A DNA stretch of 64,000 nucleotides from Dehalococcoidia bacterium (GCA_965262485.1 OZ253540.1:3606080-3670079), one strand, 5' to 3'; positions 37,439 through 47,414 are shown, counted from the first letter of the stretch. Numbers and translations: made by a program. The notes: generated from the sequence alone by a model not told the origin.

Positions 37439-40400
37439 ATTAATACCCAACGCCCTCATAATCGCATTGTTGCTGCCATGCACCGCCGGCTCTCTGCACC
37501 ATTGGTTGCGCAAAGTATTAACAGCAGCAATGGCCTGCTGATTTTCACTCAGGCCCAGCATTTCCAGCACAACATGGTCAATCCGATGACGGTTAGCGTC
37601 ACGGAAAGCGTAGGATGCCGGCTGTAGTTCCGACGTTGAGAGTTCGCCGTAATGACGGCGCGCCGTTGCTCTGGCCAGTTCGCCAGCCTCGCTGTCGGCG
37701 GAGAAATCAGGGATGGGGAATCCCGATAGTGCTCTTATCTGCATCGTAGCCCGGCCCGGTTGCGTCGTTTGGGCGTAGCAGGTTCTCAACATCAACCCAA
37801 ATGTCGAGTTAAGCCAAATGGCTAGTGCGGCTTTCACGTCGTCATTGCCGGAATGCAACGTCGTCCACGCCCGGCCGCCCATTGCAGATTGCGGGGTTCG
37901 TGCCGCTGCCAAAGCCTGCGATGTCAAACGCAAAGTACGGGAGATAAACAGATCACTGCGCTGCGCCAGCATCTGCCGGAGTTGCTCCTCATCGTCTATT
38001 GCCGGCTGTCCGTCATGAGTTGAGGAAACCAGGATTCGTTTCTGCGATTCGGAGTCTGCCGCCCAGAGTGAAGGGTATGTTGGCAGTATGTCCGGCGTGA
38101 TTCGGTCGAAAGTGAACGCACCGATGGTTTCCGTCGCTCCCCGTATATGACCAATCAGATGGTGCGTTGGGCCTATGGTAACCGCTTGCTCGAGAGCAGT
38201 CATCGGAAGGCTGAATTCCCAACCCTGTCGGTTTTCCGGGGAGTACAACCGGCCGACCATCAGCTCGGTAGCAACTGTGGCAAGGTGGTGGTTCTGCATT
38301 CCCACACCGAACCACGGGAAACCCGCTGAGGGCGGCGTGATGGCCGTCCAACTGCCGATGTGCTTGCCCGCTTCGTGAATAATGCCGCTGTTGCTGCCCG
38401 ATTGCCGAATGTCGTTTATCCAATTGGCGTACCAATAGGATTCTGTGACCGATTGGGGAATGTCGCTGATATTCACGCAAACAATCCGCGTGTCTTCGTC
38501 CGTGTCATCTTTGGTTCGCCGGGTAGCCACCAACAGCATCTCGTTCATATAGGTGTCGGCAGACATCATTGCAGTCTGGTGGGCGGTAAAAGCGATGGCG
38601 GTTATCTCTCGGTATTCACTCTCCACGGTACTGCGAAACCCCTCCCAGGATTCGGAGTGAGCGGCTGTGAGAGGCAGTACGGTAGCGAAAACGCCGCCGG
38701 CCTTGAGCTTTTTGCCAGCCAGGGCGGAAAAATCCGCGCCCAGGCCGGCTTGTCCATCAGTCATTTGGTTGCCGGCGTTTCGCAGGTTGTTGCGAATACT
38801 CGTCAGTCGTTTCATGCTGCGTTTGCGCTGGGGTTCGGTGATTCCCGTTACATCGAACATCCTGCGGTCGCCCCGGGCCCGGGAATAAGGCGGATTCTGT
38901 ATAACCACGTCCTGACTGTGATGGGGGACCGGGATAGAAGTCGGCTGCTCCAGGTTTGCAGTAGCGGTGCGGGCCAATTGGCCGGTTACATCGGTAATCT
39001 GGTCCGATTCCAGGAGTTCCAAGGAGCCGGTATTCCCGCCCAGAACAGCAACGGCGGCGATGTGGGCAGTGTGATACTCGGTTGCAATCTCGGCGGTGGA
39101 CAGGCCGGCAGCAGTCATATGGGACGCCAAAGAGTTGATGTCCAGGCCAGTGATTGACTGCTCCATCATTGTGCGATGCAGGTTGTCTGCGCTGCCGCCG
39201 GCTGATTCGTGCTTCCGCCGGATACCGTGATAGGAAGCTCGCAGCAGAGTTCCGGTTCCGCAGGCCAAATCGGCCACGCGGAGGTTGCCTACGGCAGTTT
39301 CGGATGCCCAATCATTCAGGGATATGCGCGCGACGGCCAGCTGCGACAGCAGTTCCGCCGTTTCGGGCAATGTGTAGTGCGCCGCTGTTTCCTCTCGGTC
39401 GTCCAACAAGAGGGGGAAGAGTTCGCCGGCGAAGTCCACCCGATTGCCAAGCCGCAGGGCCGTGACACGTTCTGCCGTGGTGGCCAGTTCGGTCAATACG
39501 CCGGAGCCAACCGCGTCCGGTATGCGGTCATCCAGCGCATCGCGGGCCGTATTGAAAATGGAACCGTAGTTGACTGCCAGTATCTTGTCCCACTCGGTTC
39601 GCAAATCGCCCAGCGTAATACTGCCGCGGCCGGCAGTCCTCAATTCCGCGATTGAGTGTAGTCCATTCTGGCGCAGCGTGGCTGAACCGGCTGCCAACAA
39701 GTTATGCAGTCGTAAAGAGGTAAGCCAGATGCAGCAGGCCATGCGTAACCCCTGCATTTCCTGACGCTGGCCCAATATGCCGGCAATGGCGCCAGCAACT
39801 CCCGGCGGCAGACTGCGATAAAGATAATCGGCTAGGCTGTGTATCCCAGCAGCTACTTGGCTGGCAGTTCGGGAAACTAAGGTCGGCGGCGCTGCCGCGT
39901 ATTCACAAAGTGCCGCCAGATCATCTACAGTGCCGACAACATAATTCGGATGCGCCGGCCAATAGGAAACATCTTCCTCAGTCAACGCGATTTCGGTCTC
40001 GTTACCTTCAATGTTTGCGGACAAGATAGCGTACCGCAGTTCCAAACCTTCCGGTTGCGCTAACCGCTCTCGCAGTTGGTAATTTGACCAGCCGCGAATC
40101 TCGAGCGGTGCGCCCACGGCAATGGCCGAACGTACCGGAAACGGGGTTCCTGTTACCAATCGGCCCAACCTGCTCCGGGCATCGCCGAAAGCGGGTTCGC
40201 CAAACTCTACTTCAATCACAACGGGATAAATGTCCGGCGGTGTGACCAGAATGTCAGGGCGTTCCCTCCTGGCATCATCAAACACCTGCTGGCGTTCGGC
40301 GATAATAAAACGTTCGTCCTCGCGCCACGCCCTTCGCCTGGCACGCAGTGCATTCGCCAACGCCTCATTAAAAGTTTGTTCGTGCATCAGGCCGGCGGGG

Positions 40401-40444
40401 CCAGATGGCATATTGGGCAAGTTCGGTTGCGTACTCATAAGCAC
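37418..40444 (-). CDS. 1008-aa N6-adenine methyltransferase with possible N-terminal PD-(D/E)xK-like region (type IIG-like?)
   Basis: 'HYTLPETAELL', motif I 'RVADLACGTGTLL', motif IV 'VVIQNPPYSR'. The N-terminal 'ERPDILVTPPDIYPVVIEVEF' is nuclease-like but lacks an obvious Lys. The C-terminal region is long and unassigned. Confidence 0.7.
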   Translation of the reverse strand: MLMSTQPNLPNMPSGPAGLMHEQTFNEALANALRARRRAWREDERFIIAERQQVFDDARRERPDILVTPPDIYPVVIEVEFGEPAFGDARSRLGRLVTGTPFPVRSAIAVGAPLEIRGWSNYQLRERLAQPEGLELRYAILSANIEGNETEIALTEEDVSYWPAHPNYVVGTVDDLAALCEYAAAPPTLVSRTASQVAAGIHSLADYLYRSLPPGVAGAIAGILGQRQEMQGLRMACCIWLTSLRLHNLLAAGSATLRQNGLHSIAELRTAGRGSITLGDLRTEWDKILAVNYGSIFNTARDALDDRIPDAVGSGVLTELATTAERVTALRLGNRVDFAGELFPLLLDDREETAAHYTLPETAELLSQLAVARISLNDWASETAVGNLRVADLACGTGTLLRASYHGIRRKHESAGGSADNLHRTMMEQSITGLDINSLASHMTAAGLSTAEIATEYHTAHIAAVAVLGGNTGSLELLESDQITDVTGQLARTATANLEQPTSIPVPHHSQDVVIQNPPYSRARGDRRMFDVTGITEPQRKRSMKRLTSIRNNLRNAGNQMTDGQAGLGADFSALAGKKLKAGGVFATVLPLTAAHSESWEGFRSTVESEYREITAIAFTAHQTAMMSADTYMNEMLLVATRRTKDDTDEDTRIVCVNISDIPQSVTESYWYANWINDIRQSGSNSGIIHEAGKHIGSWTAITPPSAGFPWFGVGMQNHHLATVATELMVGRLYSPENRQGWEFSLPMTALEQAVTIGPTHHLIGHIRGATETIGAFTFDRITPDILPTYPSLWAADSESQKRILVSSTHDGQPAIDDEEQLRQMLAQRSDLFISRTLRLTSQALAAARTPQSAMGGRAWTTLHSGNDDVKAALAIWLNSTFGLMLRTCYAQTTQPGRATMQIRALSGFPIPDFSADSEAGELARATARRHYGELSTSELQPASYAFRDANRHRIDHVVLEMLGLSENQQAIAAVNTLRNQWCREPAVHGSNNAIMRALGINLSIIER

Positions 40445-40491
40445 CTTTATACAGCATTGGCCCGGGCTACCTAAGCCTTGAGTCCTACCCC

Positions 40492-41367
40492 CTAAAACCC
40501 CACCATCCAGGCCGCGAACCGCCGCAGCAGTCCCTCCGATCCCTGCTCGATGGTGAACCGGCTTGCCGCTAGGGCCGTATCCAGATCAAGCCGGCCGTAG
40601 GCCAGCAGCAGGTAGGTGTTGGCGTCGCAGGACACCAGCAGGTCTATGGACGAGGCATCGCCGTGGACATTGTTGCCCACTTCCACACCGTCGGGACTGA
40701 CGATCACATCCAGCGCAGCGGCATCCGACAAGTGGAACAGGTAGCGCACCGCTTGGGTGGGCGGGTCGTTGCCCGGGTTGTAGGCGGTGCGGAGCCAGTG
40801 GGCCGACATCCCCAGCAACACCGGCTGCGCGTCGGCGTGGAGGCCGGCATTGCTGTCGAAGGCGCTGCGGATATCCCAGTCGTGCACCGCCAGCTCCTGG
40901 ATGCGCTGGCTCACGTACTCCCGCGCCGTCATAGTCCCGCGCCGGGGGTGCCAGCAATCGCAACGCCAGTCGTCGCCGCTGAAGTTTCCCAACAGACCGT
41001 GCAACGCGCGATAAAGTTGGTCGTACGTCGGCAGCAGATCGTCCCCCATGGACTGAGCGTAAGCGATGTCCGCATCGGCGTTGGCCGCCGACATCGCCAT
41101 GTTGTCCGTTGGCGCGCTGAATCCGGCGGGAGGCCCGGAGTCGCCGGTGCGCCCTCGGGTCATGCTGGCGATTTGCCGCTCGGCCCGGTTGGTCAAATGT
41201 CCGGCCACGTCGCGCACCGTCCAGGCGTCGCAGGCCGACTGCCGGCCCAGATCCGCGTCGGTCAGGCCCGACAGAAACTCGTGCAGCTCGCGGGCCAGGG
41301 TGCCGATAACGCGCACCTCATCCCGGATAATCGCCTCATCATAAGCCGCCATCGCACCCATCTCCAA
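40492..41367 (-). CDS. DinB/MDMPI-like (mycothiol-dependent maleylpyruvate isomerase N-terminal domain) protein
   Basis: 'LTDADLGRQSACDAWTVRDVAGHL'. Confidence 0.65.
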   Translation of the reverse strand: MEMGAMAAYDEAIIRDEVRVIGTLARELHEFLSGLTDADLGRQSACDAWTVRDVAGHLTNRAERQIASMTRGRTGDSGPPAGFSAPTDNMAMSAANADADIAYAQSMGDDLLPTYDQLYRALHGLLGNFSGDDWRCDCWHPRRGTMTAREYVSQRIQELAVHDWDIRSAFDSNAGLHADAQPVLLGMSAHWLRTAYNPGNDPPTQAVRYLFHLSDAAALDVIVSPDGVEVGNNVHGDASSIDLLVSCDANTYLLLAYGRLDLDTALAASRFTIEQGSEGLLRRFAAWMVGF

Positions 41368-41414
41368 TCAATCCTGTATATCCCGAATATCCTGTCCATC
41401 CCGGTTCAAATTCT

Positions 41415-42272
41415 TCACAGCCCGCCAAACCACCGACCCAGGTTCCGCAGCGCCACGTGGGCAATCGTGTCGGCAGTCTGGGACACCCTGACACGGCCGG
41501 CGCGCTTGGCGGTATTCCAGTCCACCCGGTTGTACAGGCACAACAGATACGTACCGGCATCGCAGCGGACGGTCAAATCCGGCTGACGGTCGGGAGCGCA
41601 GGGCTCAATGGAAAAGGCGTCGCCCGTAACCACCACGTCGTGGCTCAGGGACGCGCCGCCGTCGCCTCCCACTTCGAAACGATACGCCACCGGTGTGGTC
41701 AGCGGGGCCGTGGGGCGGAAGCAGAGTTGGTACCACATCTCCGACCCTGGCAGCAGCGCCGCTGCTCCGTCGGCGTCCAGTTCACCTTCGCCGGCGCCGC
41801 CCGAGCGCATGTCCCAATCGTGAATCACCAGTTCCTGAATACGCAAATCCAGATAGCTGCTGGCCGAAATCGTACCGCGCCGACGGTGCCAGCAACCGAT
41901 TGACCAGTCAGTCCAGTCCCGTAGAGTGTCGTCCAGTTCCTGGTACCACTGCTGGAAATTATCCAGCAACGCATCGCCCCACTCCCGGCGCATCTCCACG
42001 TTGTTAACGGCGTTGGCCTGCTGCACCTGGTCGGCAGTGGGCATAACGCTTTCGCCCTCGGGTGGGCCGCCCTCTCCGGCCAGCCCCCGCAGCAACGCCT
42101 CTCGCTGACGGACGGCTCCACCGGCCAGATGTGCGGCCACCGTGCCAACGTCCCACTCCGAGCACGCCGAAGGGCCGTTCAGCGCTGCGGCCGGCCCTTC
42201 GGATAGTCGCCGGTGAATGTCCCCCGACAAGCGTTTAATCAGTTCAACCCTGGCGGCATCGTCCAGCATCAT
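41415..42272 (-). CDS. DinB/MDMPI-like protein, tandem paralog
   Basis: 'PSACSEWDVGTVAAHLAGG' and 'IQELVIHDWDMR', parallel to the neighbour's 'IQELAVHDWDIR'. Confidence 0.65.
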   Translation of the reverse strand: MMLDDAARVELIKRLSGDIHRRLSEGPAAALNGPSACSEWDVGTVAAHLAGGAVRQREALLRGLAGEGGPPEGESVMPTADQVQQANAVNNVEMRREWGDALLDNFQQWYQELDDTLRDWTDWSIGCWHRRRGTISASSYLDLRIQELVIHDWDMRSGGAGEGELDADGAAALLPGSEMWYQLCFRPTAPLTTPVAYRFEVGGDGGASLSHDVVVTGDAFSIEPCAPDRQPDLTVRCDAGTYLLCLYNRVDWNTAKRAGRVRVSQTADTIAHVALRNLGRWFGGL

Positions 42273-42374
42273 TGCCTCCCCAAATTTGTCTGAGTCCCAA
42301 TCGCAAGTAGTTTATCACGACGCCGCCGGCAATCCGGGCCGGTGTATAATGCCGCCAACCGGGAGGTGAGAGTT

Positions 42375-44126
42375 ATGCCGGAAATGATGGGACCTCATAC
42401 TGTTATTCGTACCGAGTTCGGCCTGCCGGCGCTCATGCGCGACGGCGTGACGCTCTACGCCGACGTGTACCGTCCGGACACTTCGGACCCGGTGCCCGTG
42501 CTTTTGCAACGCACTCCCTACGACAAGGCACAGTCCCGGACGGGCAGCCTCGACGTGATGCGCGCGGCGTCCCACGGCTATGCGGTAGTGATCCAGGACA
42601 CCCGCGGGCGCTACACCTCCGAGGGCGAGTTCTACCCCTTCCTGGATGAACCGGACGACGGCTACGATACCGTGCAATGGTGCGCCGACCAACCCTGGAG
42701 CACCGGCAAGACGGGTATGTTCGGGCGTTCCTACGTGGGAGCCACCCAGTGGCTTTGCGCTATCACCAACCCGCCGGCCCTTACGACCATCTCCCCCGGT
42801 ATCACCGCCTCCGACTACTACGAGGGCTGGACCTATCAGGGGGGCGCGTTGGCCTGGGGGTTTGCCCTTTCGTGGACGATGCGACAATTGACCATGGCCA
42901 ACCTCGGCGCCATCAGCAGCCGCCACGACGTCCCCGAAGGCGCCCGCGCCGGGCTCCTGGAAGCTTTCAACCGGCTGGACTGCACCATGCGTCAACAACC
43001 CATCGTGGAGTTGCCGCACCTCAAAGCGCCGCTGGCGGACTATTTTTACGACTGGATTCGGCACTCGTCCAGCGACGAATACTGGCAGCGCTGGCGCATC
43101 GAGGACCACTACCCGCATATCACCACGCCGGCGCTGCACGTGGGCGGATGGCACGATATTTTCCTGTTGGGCACCCTCCGCAATTTCGTTGGTATGCGGA
43201 AACAGGCCGAGGACGCAACGGCGCGGGGCGGTCAACGTCTCATCGTTGGCCCCTGGCACCACGGCCCGTTTGCCGAAATGTCGGGCGACTACTTCTTTGG
43301 CCTGGGCGCTTCCGGGCCGGCCATCGACACCGACGGCGTGCAGCTGCGGTGGTTCGATTACTGGCTAAAGGGCGAGCAGAATGGCGCCGACGCCGATCCT
43401 CCGGTTCGCATCTTCGTCATGGGCGACAACCGTTGGCGCGACGAACAGGAGTGGCCGTTGGCGCGAACCCGGTTCACCGACTACTACCTGCACAGCGGCG
43501 GTCGGGCCAATACCGCGGCCGGCGATGGCGTCCTGTCTGCCGATGCCGCCGGTGAAGAATCGCCCGATGTGTTCCTGTATGATCCCCGCGATCCGGTTCC
43601 AACCCGGGGCGGCCCGCTGTGCTGTGGCCCGTCTTTCGTGCCCGGCGGCGCCTACGACCAGCAGGAGTTGGAGGGCCGCAGCGACGTGCTCTGCTACACC
43701 ACGCCGACCCTCACGGCCGATGTCGAGGTTACCGGGCCGGTAACCCTTACGCTGCATGCTGCGACCTCTGCCGCCGATACCGATTTCACTGCCAAGCTGG
43801 TGGATGTGGATCCGTGCGGTTCGGCGCGCAACCTTACCGACGGCATTATCCGCGCGCGATACCGCAGCGGCACCGATGAGTCCCGCCCCGTTACGCCCGG
43901 CGCCGTCCACGAGTACAACATTGACCTGGTGGCCACCAGCAACGTTTTCAAAGCCGGCCATCGCATCCGTCTGGAGATCAGCAGCAGTAACTTCCCGCGG
44001 TTCGACCGCAACTTCAACACCGGGGGCGATCCGTGGGCGTCCACCGACAGCGTGCCGGCGGTGCAAACCATTCATCACAACGGGCAATATCCGTCGCGCT
44101 TGCGCCTGCCCGTCATTCCCGCCTGA
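42375..44126 (+). CDS. CocE/NonD-family (S15) hydrolase
   Basis: 'VTLYADVYRPD...PVLLQRTPYDK' and 'GRSYVGATQW'. ATG 42375 follows GGGAGGTGAG; the track start is 42342. Confidence 0.85.
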   Translation: MPEMMGPHTVIRTEFGLPALMRDGVTLYADVYRPDTSDPVPVLLQRTPYDKAQSRTGSLDVMRAASHGYAVVIQDTRGRYTSEGEFYPFLDEPDDGYDTVQWCADQPWSTGKTGMFGRSYVGATQWLCAITNPPALTTISPGITASDYYEGWTYQGGALAWGFALSWTMRQLTMANLGAISSRHDVPEGARAGLLEAFNRLDCTMRQQPIVELPHLKAPLADYFYDWIRHSSSDEYWQRWRIEDHYPHITTPALHVGGWHDIFLLGTLRNFVGMRKQAEDATARGGQRLIVGPWHHGPFAEMSGDYFFGLGASGPAIDTDGVQLRWFDYWLKGEQNGADADPPVRIFVMGDNRWRDEQEWPLARTRFTDYYLHSGGRANTAAGDGVLSADAAGEESPDVFLYDPRDPVPTRGGPLCCGPSFVPGGAYDQQELEGRSDVLCYTTPTLTADVEVTGPVTLTLHAATSAADTDFTAKLVDVDPCGSARNLTDGIIRARYRSGTDESRPVTPGAVHEYNIDLVATSNVFKAGHRIRLEISSSNFPRFDRNFNTGGDPWASTDSVPAVQTIHHNGQYPSRLRLPVIPA

Positions 44127-44313
44127 CCAGGCCGCCGAGTCAGTAAGCGATGGCCCGCTATGGATGTCTGGTAATTGGCGTCATCCTGGCGTTGATCATC
44201 CTGTTCGTAATCGTCTACTTCTGGTCGGGCTGGCTGAATCGCCCCGTGGGACACAGCATCGCAACAACGGAATCCCCCCGCTCATCCTGGGCCTGTCGCA
44301 GGATCACCCACCC

Positions 44314-44497
44314 CACCTGTCATTGCGACCCCGTACTTGATACGGGGGTAGCAATCTCGTCGCCGTAGCAATGGTGGTTTGCCGACGCGTGTTCAACCTC
44401 AACGAGATTGCCACGTCCCTCGACAAGCTCGGGATGAGCGGGCCTCCGCGCAATGACAGCAGGCCAGTATGGTTTGACAAAGTGGGTACGCATGAGG
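44314..44497. repeat. modular palindromic element, family A copy 2 (core inverted)
   Basis: It has the same outer flanks as copy 1, but its core (44351-44415) is the reverse complement of 30187-30255. It also contains the hairpin ccccgtacttgatacgggg. Confidence 0.8.
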
Positions 44498-44549
44498 GTA
44501 GCCCATCGGTTGCAGGGATAACGCCCGGTTGCTACAATCTTAAGCACGC

Positions 44550-44623
44550 ACCGGCGTGGTGTAGTGGTAGCGCATCGGTCTCCAAAACCGAAGGTGTGGG
44601 TTCGATTCCTTCCGCCGGTGCCA
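44550..44623 (+). tRNA. tRNA-Trp (CCA)
   Basis: Acceptor ACCGGCG/CGCCGGT. Anticodon arm TCGGT-CTCCAAA-ACCGA. T arm GTGGG-TTCGATT-CCTTC (one mismatch). Discriminator G and an encoded CCA. Confidence 0.85.
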
Positions 44624-44934
44624 ATAAATACCTGCTCAAAGTAGGTATTTCCCTTTTAATCGACGTGTTTATCACTTTGTTGATGACGACGTGTTTGGGT
44701 AATCGCCATCGAAACCCTATCAACCTGACATGGTTTTAATGCTGCTGAGGCGTTTGGCGTTTCCCCGACGTTCGCGGACCACTTCCTCGTACTATTCCGA
44801 GTTTTTGCGTTGGTGGTATTCTCGGCATGGATCGCAGTTGGCGTATCCAGGTAGAGGCCGTCGGCGTCCGCAGTCGGCGCACATTCCAGCCGCGATCCGC
44901 TTTTCTCGATTGCGTTGGCTACGTCGCCTGGTTC

Positions 44935-45222
44935 TTAATCAATCTTGGAATTGGAGGGATAGAGACGATCCAGTTTAGTTCTGGCATCCTCAGTCCTGAA
45001 ACGCCAGTTGATGTCGGCTCGTGCCGCATTGCGCTCGGCCTCGTAGCCGTTGACCGCCCGTTGCAGAGCGGCAACATCGGGATTGCGCCCTTTAAGGCAA
45101 GCCCGGGGCAACACGCTGAACTCAATCTCCGCCATGTTCAGCCAACTGGCGTGCTTGGGCGTGTGGTGAAACTCCAGCCGCTTCACGATGCGCCGAGCTT
45201 CGGCGGCAATGACCATTGCCAT
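44935..45222 (-). pseudogene. IS630-family transposase C-terminal remnant
   Basis: 'RLEFHHTPKHASWLNMAEIEFSVL...INWRFRTEDARTKLDRLYP'. Upstream sequence to about 45400 is recognisable only in shifted frames. Confidence 0.65.
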
Positions 45223-45573
45223 CCAATTTCATGGTGTAACCTCCCCGGGAGTACCAACCAGAGCGGGCGGACAAATTACCACTGCTGCCCGTCTGACGGT
45301 ACGGTCTCACAAAGTTGCCCCGGCGATCCACAAAGGTGATTACTTTTGAGTTCAACCCTCCCTTGGCCCGGGTAATCCCCTGCTTCTGGCGTGACAGCCC
45401 CGGCGTCAACCCGGGCATTCCAAACTGATTGCCAGCCACTGGCCGGTTCACTATCATCAACACGAACCGGCTCACGTACGGCCGTGGTTGGTTCAAGGGC
45501 CGCGGCCCGGAACCAACCTCTCGAGCCACACCACGCAACCCCGGGAAAACGGACCAGCGCCACAACAGTCGCC

Positions 45574-46491
45574 ATGAAACCACGCAACGCCAAAGCAAAC
45601 CAACAAGCCGCTGACCCGCACGCCATTGCAATCGCTAAGGCAGTCCAAGAGGCCGTCCAACCGGATACCGTCATCCTCTTCGGATCACGAGCAATCGGAG
45701 ACTATCGGCCCGACTCGGACCTGGACCTCCTCATCGTCACCGACCAAAAACACCACATTTCAGCCCGGTTGGAAGCGGAACACGTCGCCCGCCATTACAT
45801 GAGGGCCAACCCGCCGGAACTGGAATTGGGCATCATCGCCATGGACCGACAGACGTTCGACCACTGCCGGCGCGCCAATATGCACATTGCCGGGCAAGCA
45901 GTAATCTATGGAGTCGTCATGAGCGGAGAACAGATGGACTACCGATACCACTACGAGGACGAATACCCCGAACACGGGCCCGAAACCCGCCAGCGCATCC
46001 GCCGCGCCGAAGAATACGGTTATAACCTCAACCACTTCGTCGAGACCGACTACTACGACAAGACCCTCATCGGCCAAGCTGCGGAAAAAGCGCAGGAGAA
46101 CGCCCTCAAGGGATGGCTTTCCAGCCTCCAGGACACCGGCCGCTACGGCCACGCCATCGGAGCCGCCTGGGACAAGCTTGTCGCCACAGAGGACTGGAAC
46201 CAACCCGTCATGGCCCAACTCTACCAAGCGGTCCAAGACGTGTTCGACTACACTACCTTCCCCGAGCCAGGCCGCAACAGCCCGGACCGCACCAGCAACT
46301 GGCTGATGCTGTACGCGACCATATATGACTACGCCCCCTCCGAACATCAAATGACCCGAGCGGAAGAAACCGAGCTAAGAGACAAAGCCACCTACGCCGT
46401 AGAAGGCATCATCCAGCGAATCCACCAAATCAGCGGAACGGACGACGCGGACGTATACGACAACGGGCGCAAACCTTGGAACAGGCCTTAA
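45574..46491 (+). CDS. fused nucleotidyltransferase-HEPN protein
   Basis: NTase 'VILFGSRAIGDYRPDSDLDLLIV'. C-terminal HEPN-like helices '...AAEKAQENALKGWLSSL'. The likely start is ATG 45574; the track start is 45391. Confidence 0.6.
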   Translation: MKPRNAKANQQAADPHAIAIAKAVQEAVQPDTVILFGSRAIGDYRPDSDLDLLIVTDQKHHISARLEAEHVARHYMRANPPELELGIIAMDRQTFDHCRRANMHIAGQAVIYGVVMSGEQMDYRYHYEDEYPEHGPETRQRIRRAEEYGYNLNHFVETDYYDKTLIGQAAEKAQENALKGWLSSLQDTGRYGHAIGAAWDKLVATEDWNQPVMAQLYQAVQDVFDYTTFPEPGRNSPDRTSNWLMLYATIYDYAPSEHQMTRAEETELRDKATYAVEGIIQRIHQISGTDDADVYDNGRKPWNRP

Positions 46492-46493
46492 CC

Positions 46494-46640
46494 CAGGGTC
46501 TTTCGTTCTCCCTCTCCCCTTGTGGGAGAGGGCTGGGGTGAGGGGTATAATCTGCCGCAGGATAGTTCCCTATCTCACACCCTCACCCTAACCCTCTCCC
46601 ATCAAGGGAGAGGGGATTTCTTGTAAAACCGAAAAGCCTG
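46494..46640. mobile_element. MITE (family B copy 1) with ISAs1-like termini
   Basis: The left end CAGGGTCTTTCGTTCTCC and right end (reverse complement) CAGGCTTTTCGGTTTTACAAG resemble the ISAs1 IR. It is flanked by the perfect 10-bp repeat GGCCTTAACC (46484-46493, 46641-46650). Confidence 0.8.
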
Positions 46641-46650
46641 GGCCTTAACC

Positions 46651-46831
46651 CAGGGTCATTCGGTTGTCATTGCGAGGAGCGCAGCCGCTCATGGTGAGCC
46701 TGTCGAACCACGTGGCAATCTCGTTGCGGTTGAGCACGTGCCGGGGAACCATCATTGCTACGGCGACGAGATTGCCACCCCCCGTATCAAGTACGGGGTC
46801 GCAATGACATGAGGAAAACCGAAAGGCCCTG
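46651..46831. mobile_element. MITE carrying a family A core (copy 3)
   Basis: The ends are CAGGGTCATTCGGTTGTC and (reverse complement) CAGGGCCTTTCGGTTTTCC. It is flanked by GGCCTTAACC (46641-46650) and GGCCTTAAGC (46832-46841). Confidence 0.75.
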
Positions 46832-47414
46832 GGCCTTAAGCGTCGAAAGAACCTAGTAGTCCGAAATCTTTGCAATGATGGGTTGAAATGATGGGTTGAT
46901 TGGTACAGGGCCTTTCCCCGGCCATACCGGGCTTATGGAGACTATCGCCGAGCAATCTGGCTTCCACCCGTCATTTCAAGGATGCTGGTCTGCTAGCCCA
47001 CTGCCGCGGAAAACCAAAACCGCAAGCACCGGAACGGCTCCAATGACAAGGCTGACGCAAGTCCAGCCAGCCTCGGACCGAGGCGCAGCTAACGATAACT
47101 CCAAGCCTCCGGACAAAAGGTCTCCGTTTCTCAACACACGACACCGCTAACCCAAAAAATAGTTGCTGATCCCGTCAACTTATAGAGCGGCACTGATACG
47201 GGAGGGTTCGAGAAGGCCGTCCAGCACGAATGAGGTTGACGCGCATCTTCAGTGGGCTGCATACTCACTCTCGCCGGCTGGCCTGGGCTGAAAACTGGGC
47301 AATCCTGAACCAGGTACGTCCTGTAAACTTGCTGGAAAGACGGTTGTGTACCGAAGGGACAGGCCAGTTGTCTGGCCAAACGAGAACTCATCCAACTGAA
47401 GGGGGAGGAGAACC

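Noticed and set aside
44150-44368. 72-aa ORF with a hydrophobic N-terminus after the CocE/NonD gene
   Set aside because: The second half is simply the translation of the family A repeat ('CHCDPVLDTGVAISSP'). Only ~45 codons could be genuine, and there is no RBS or homology support.
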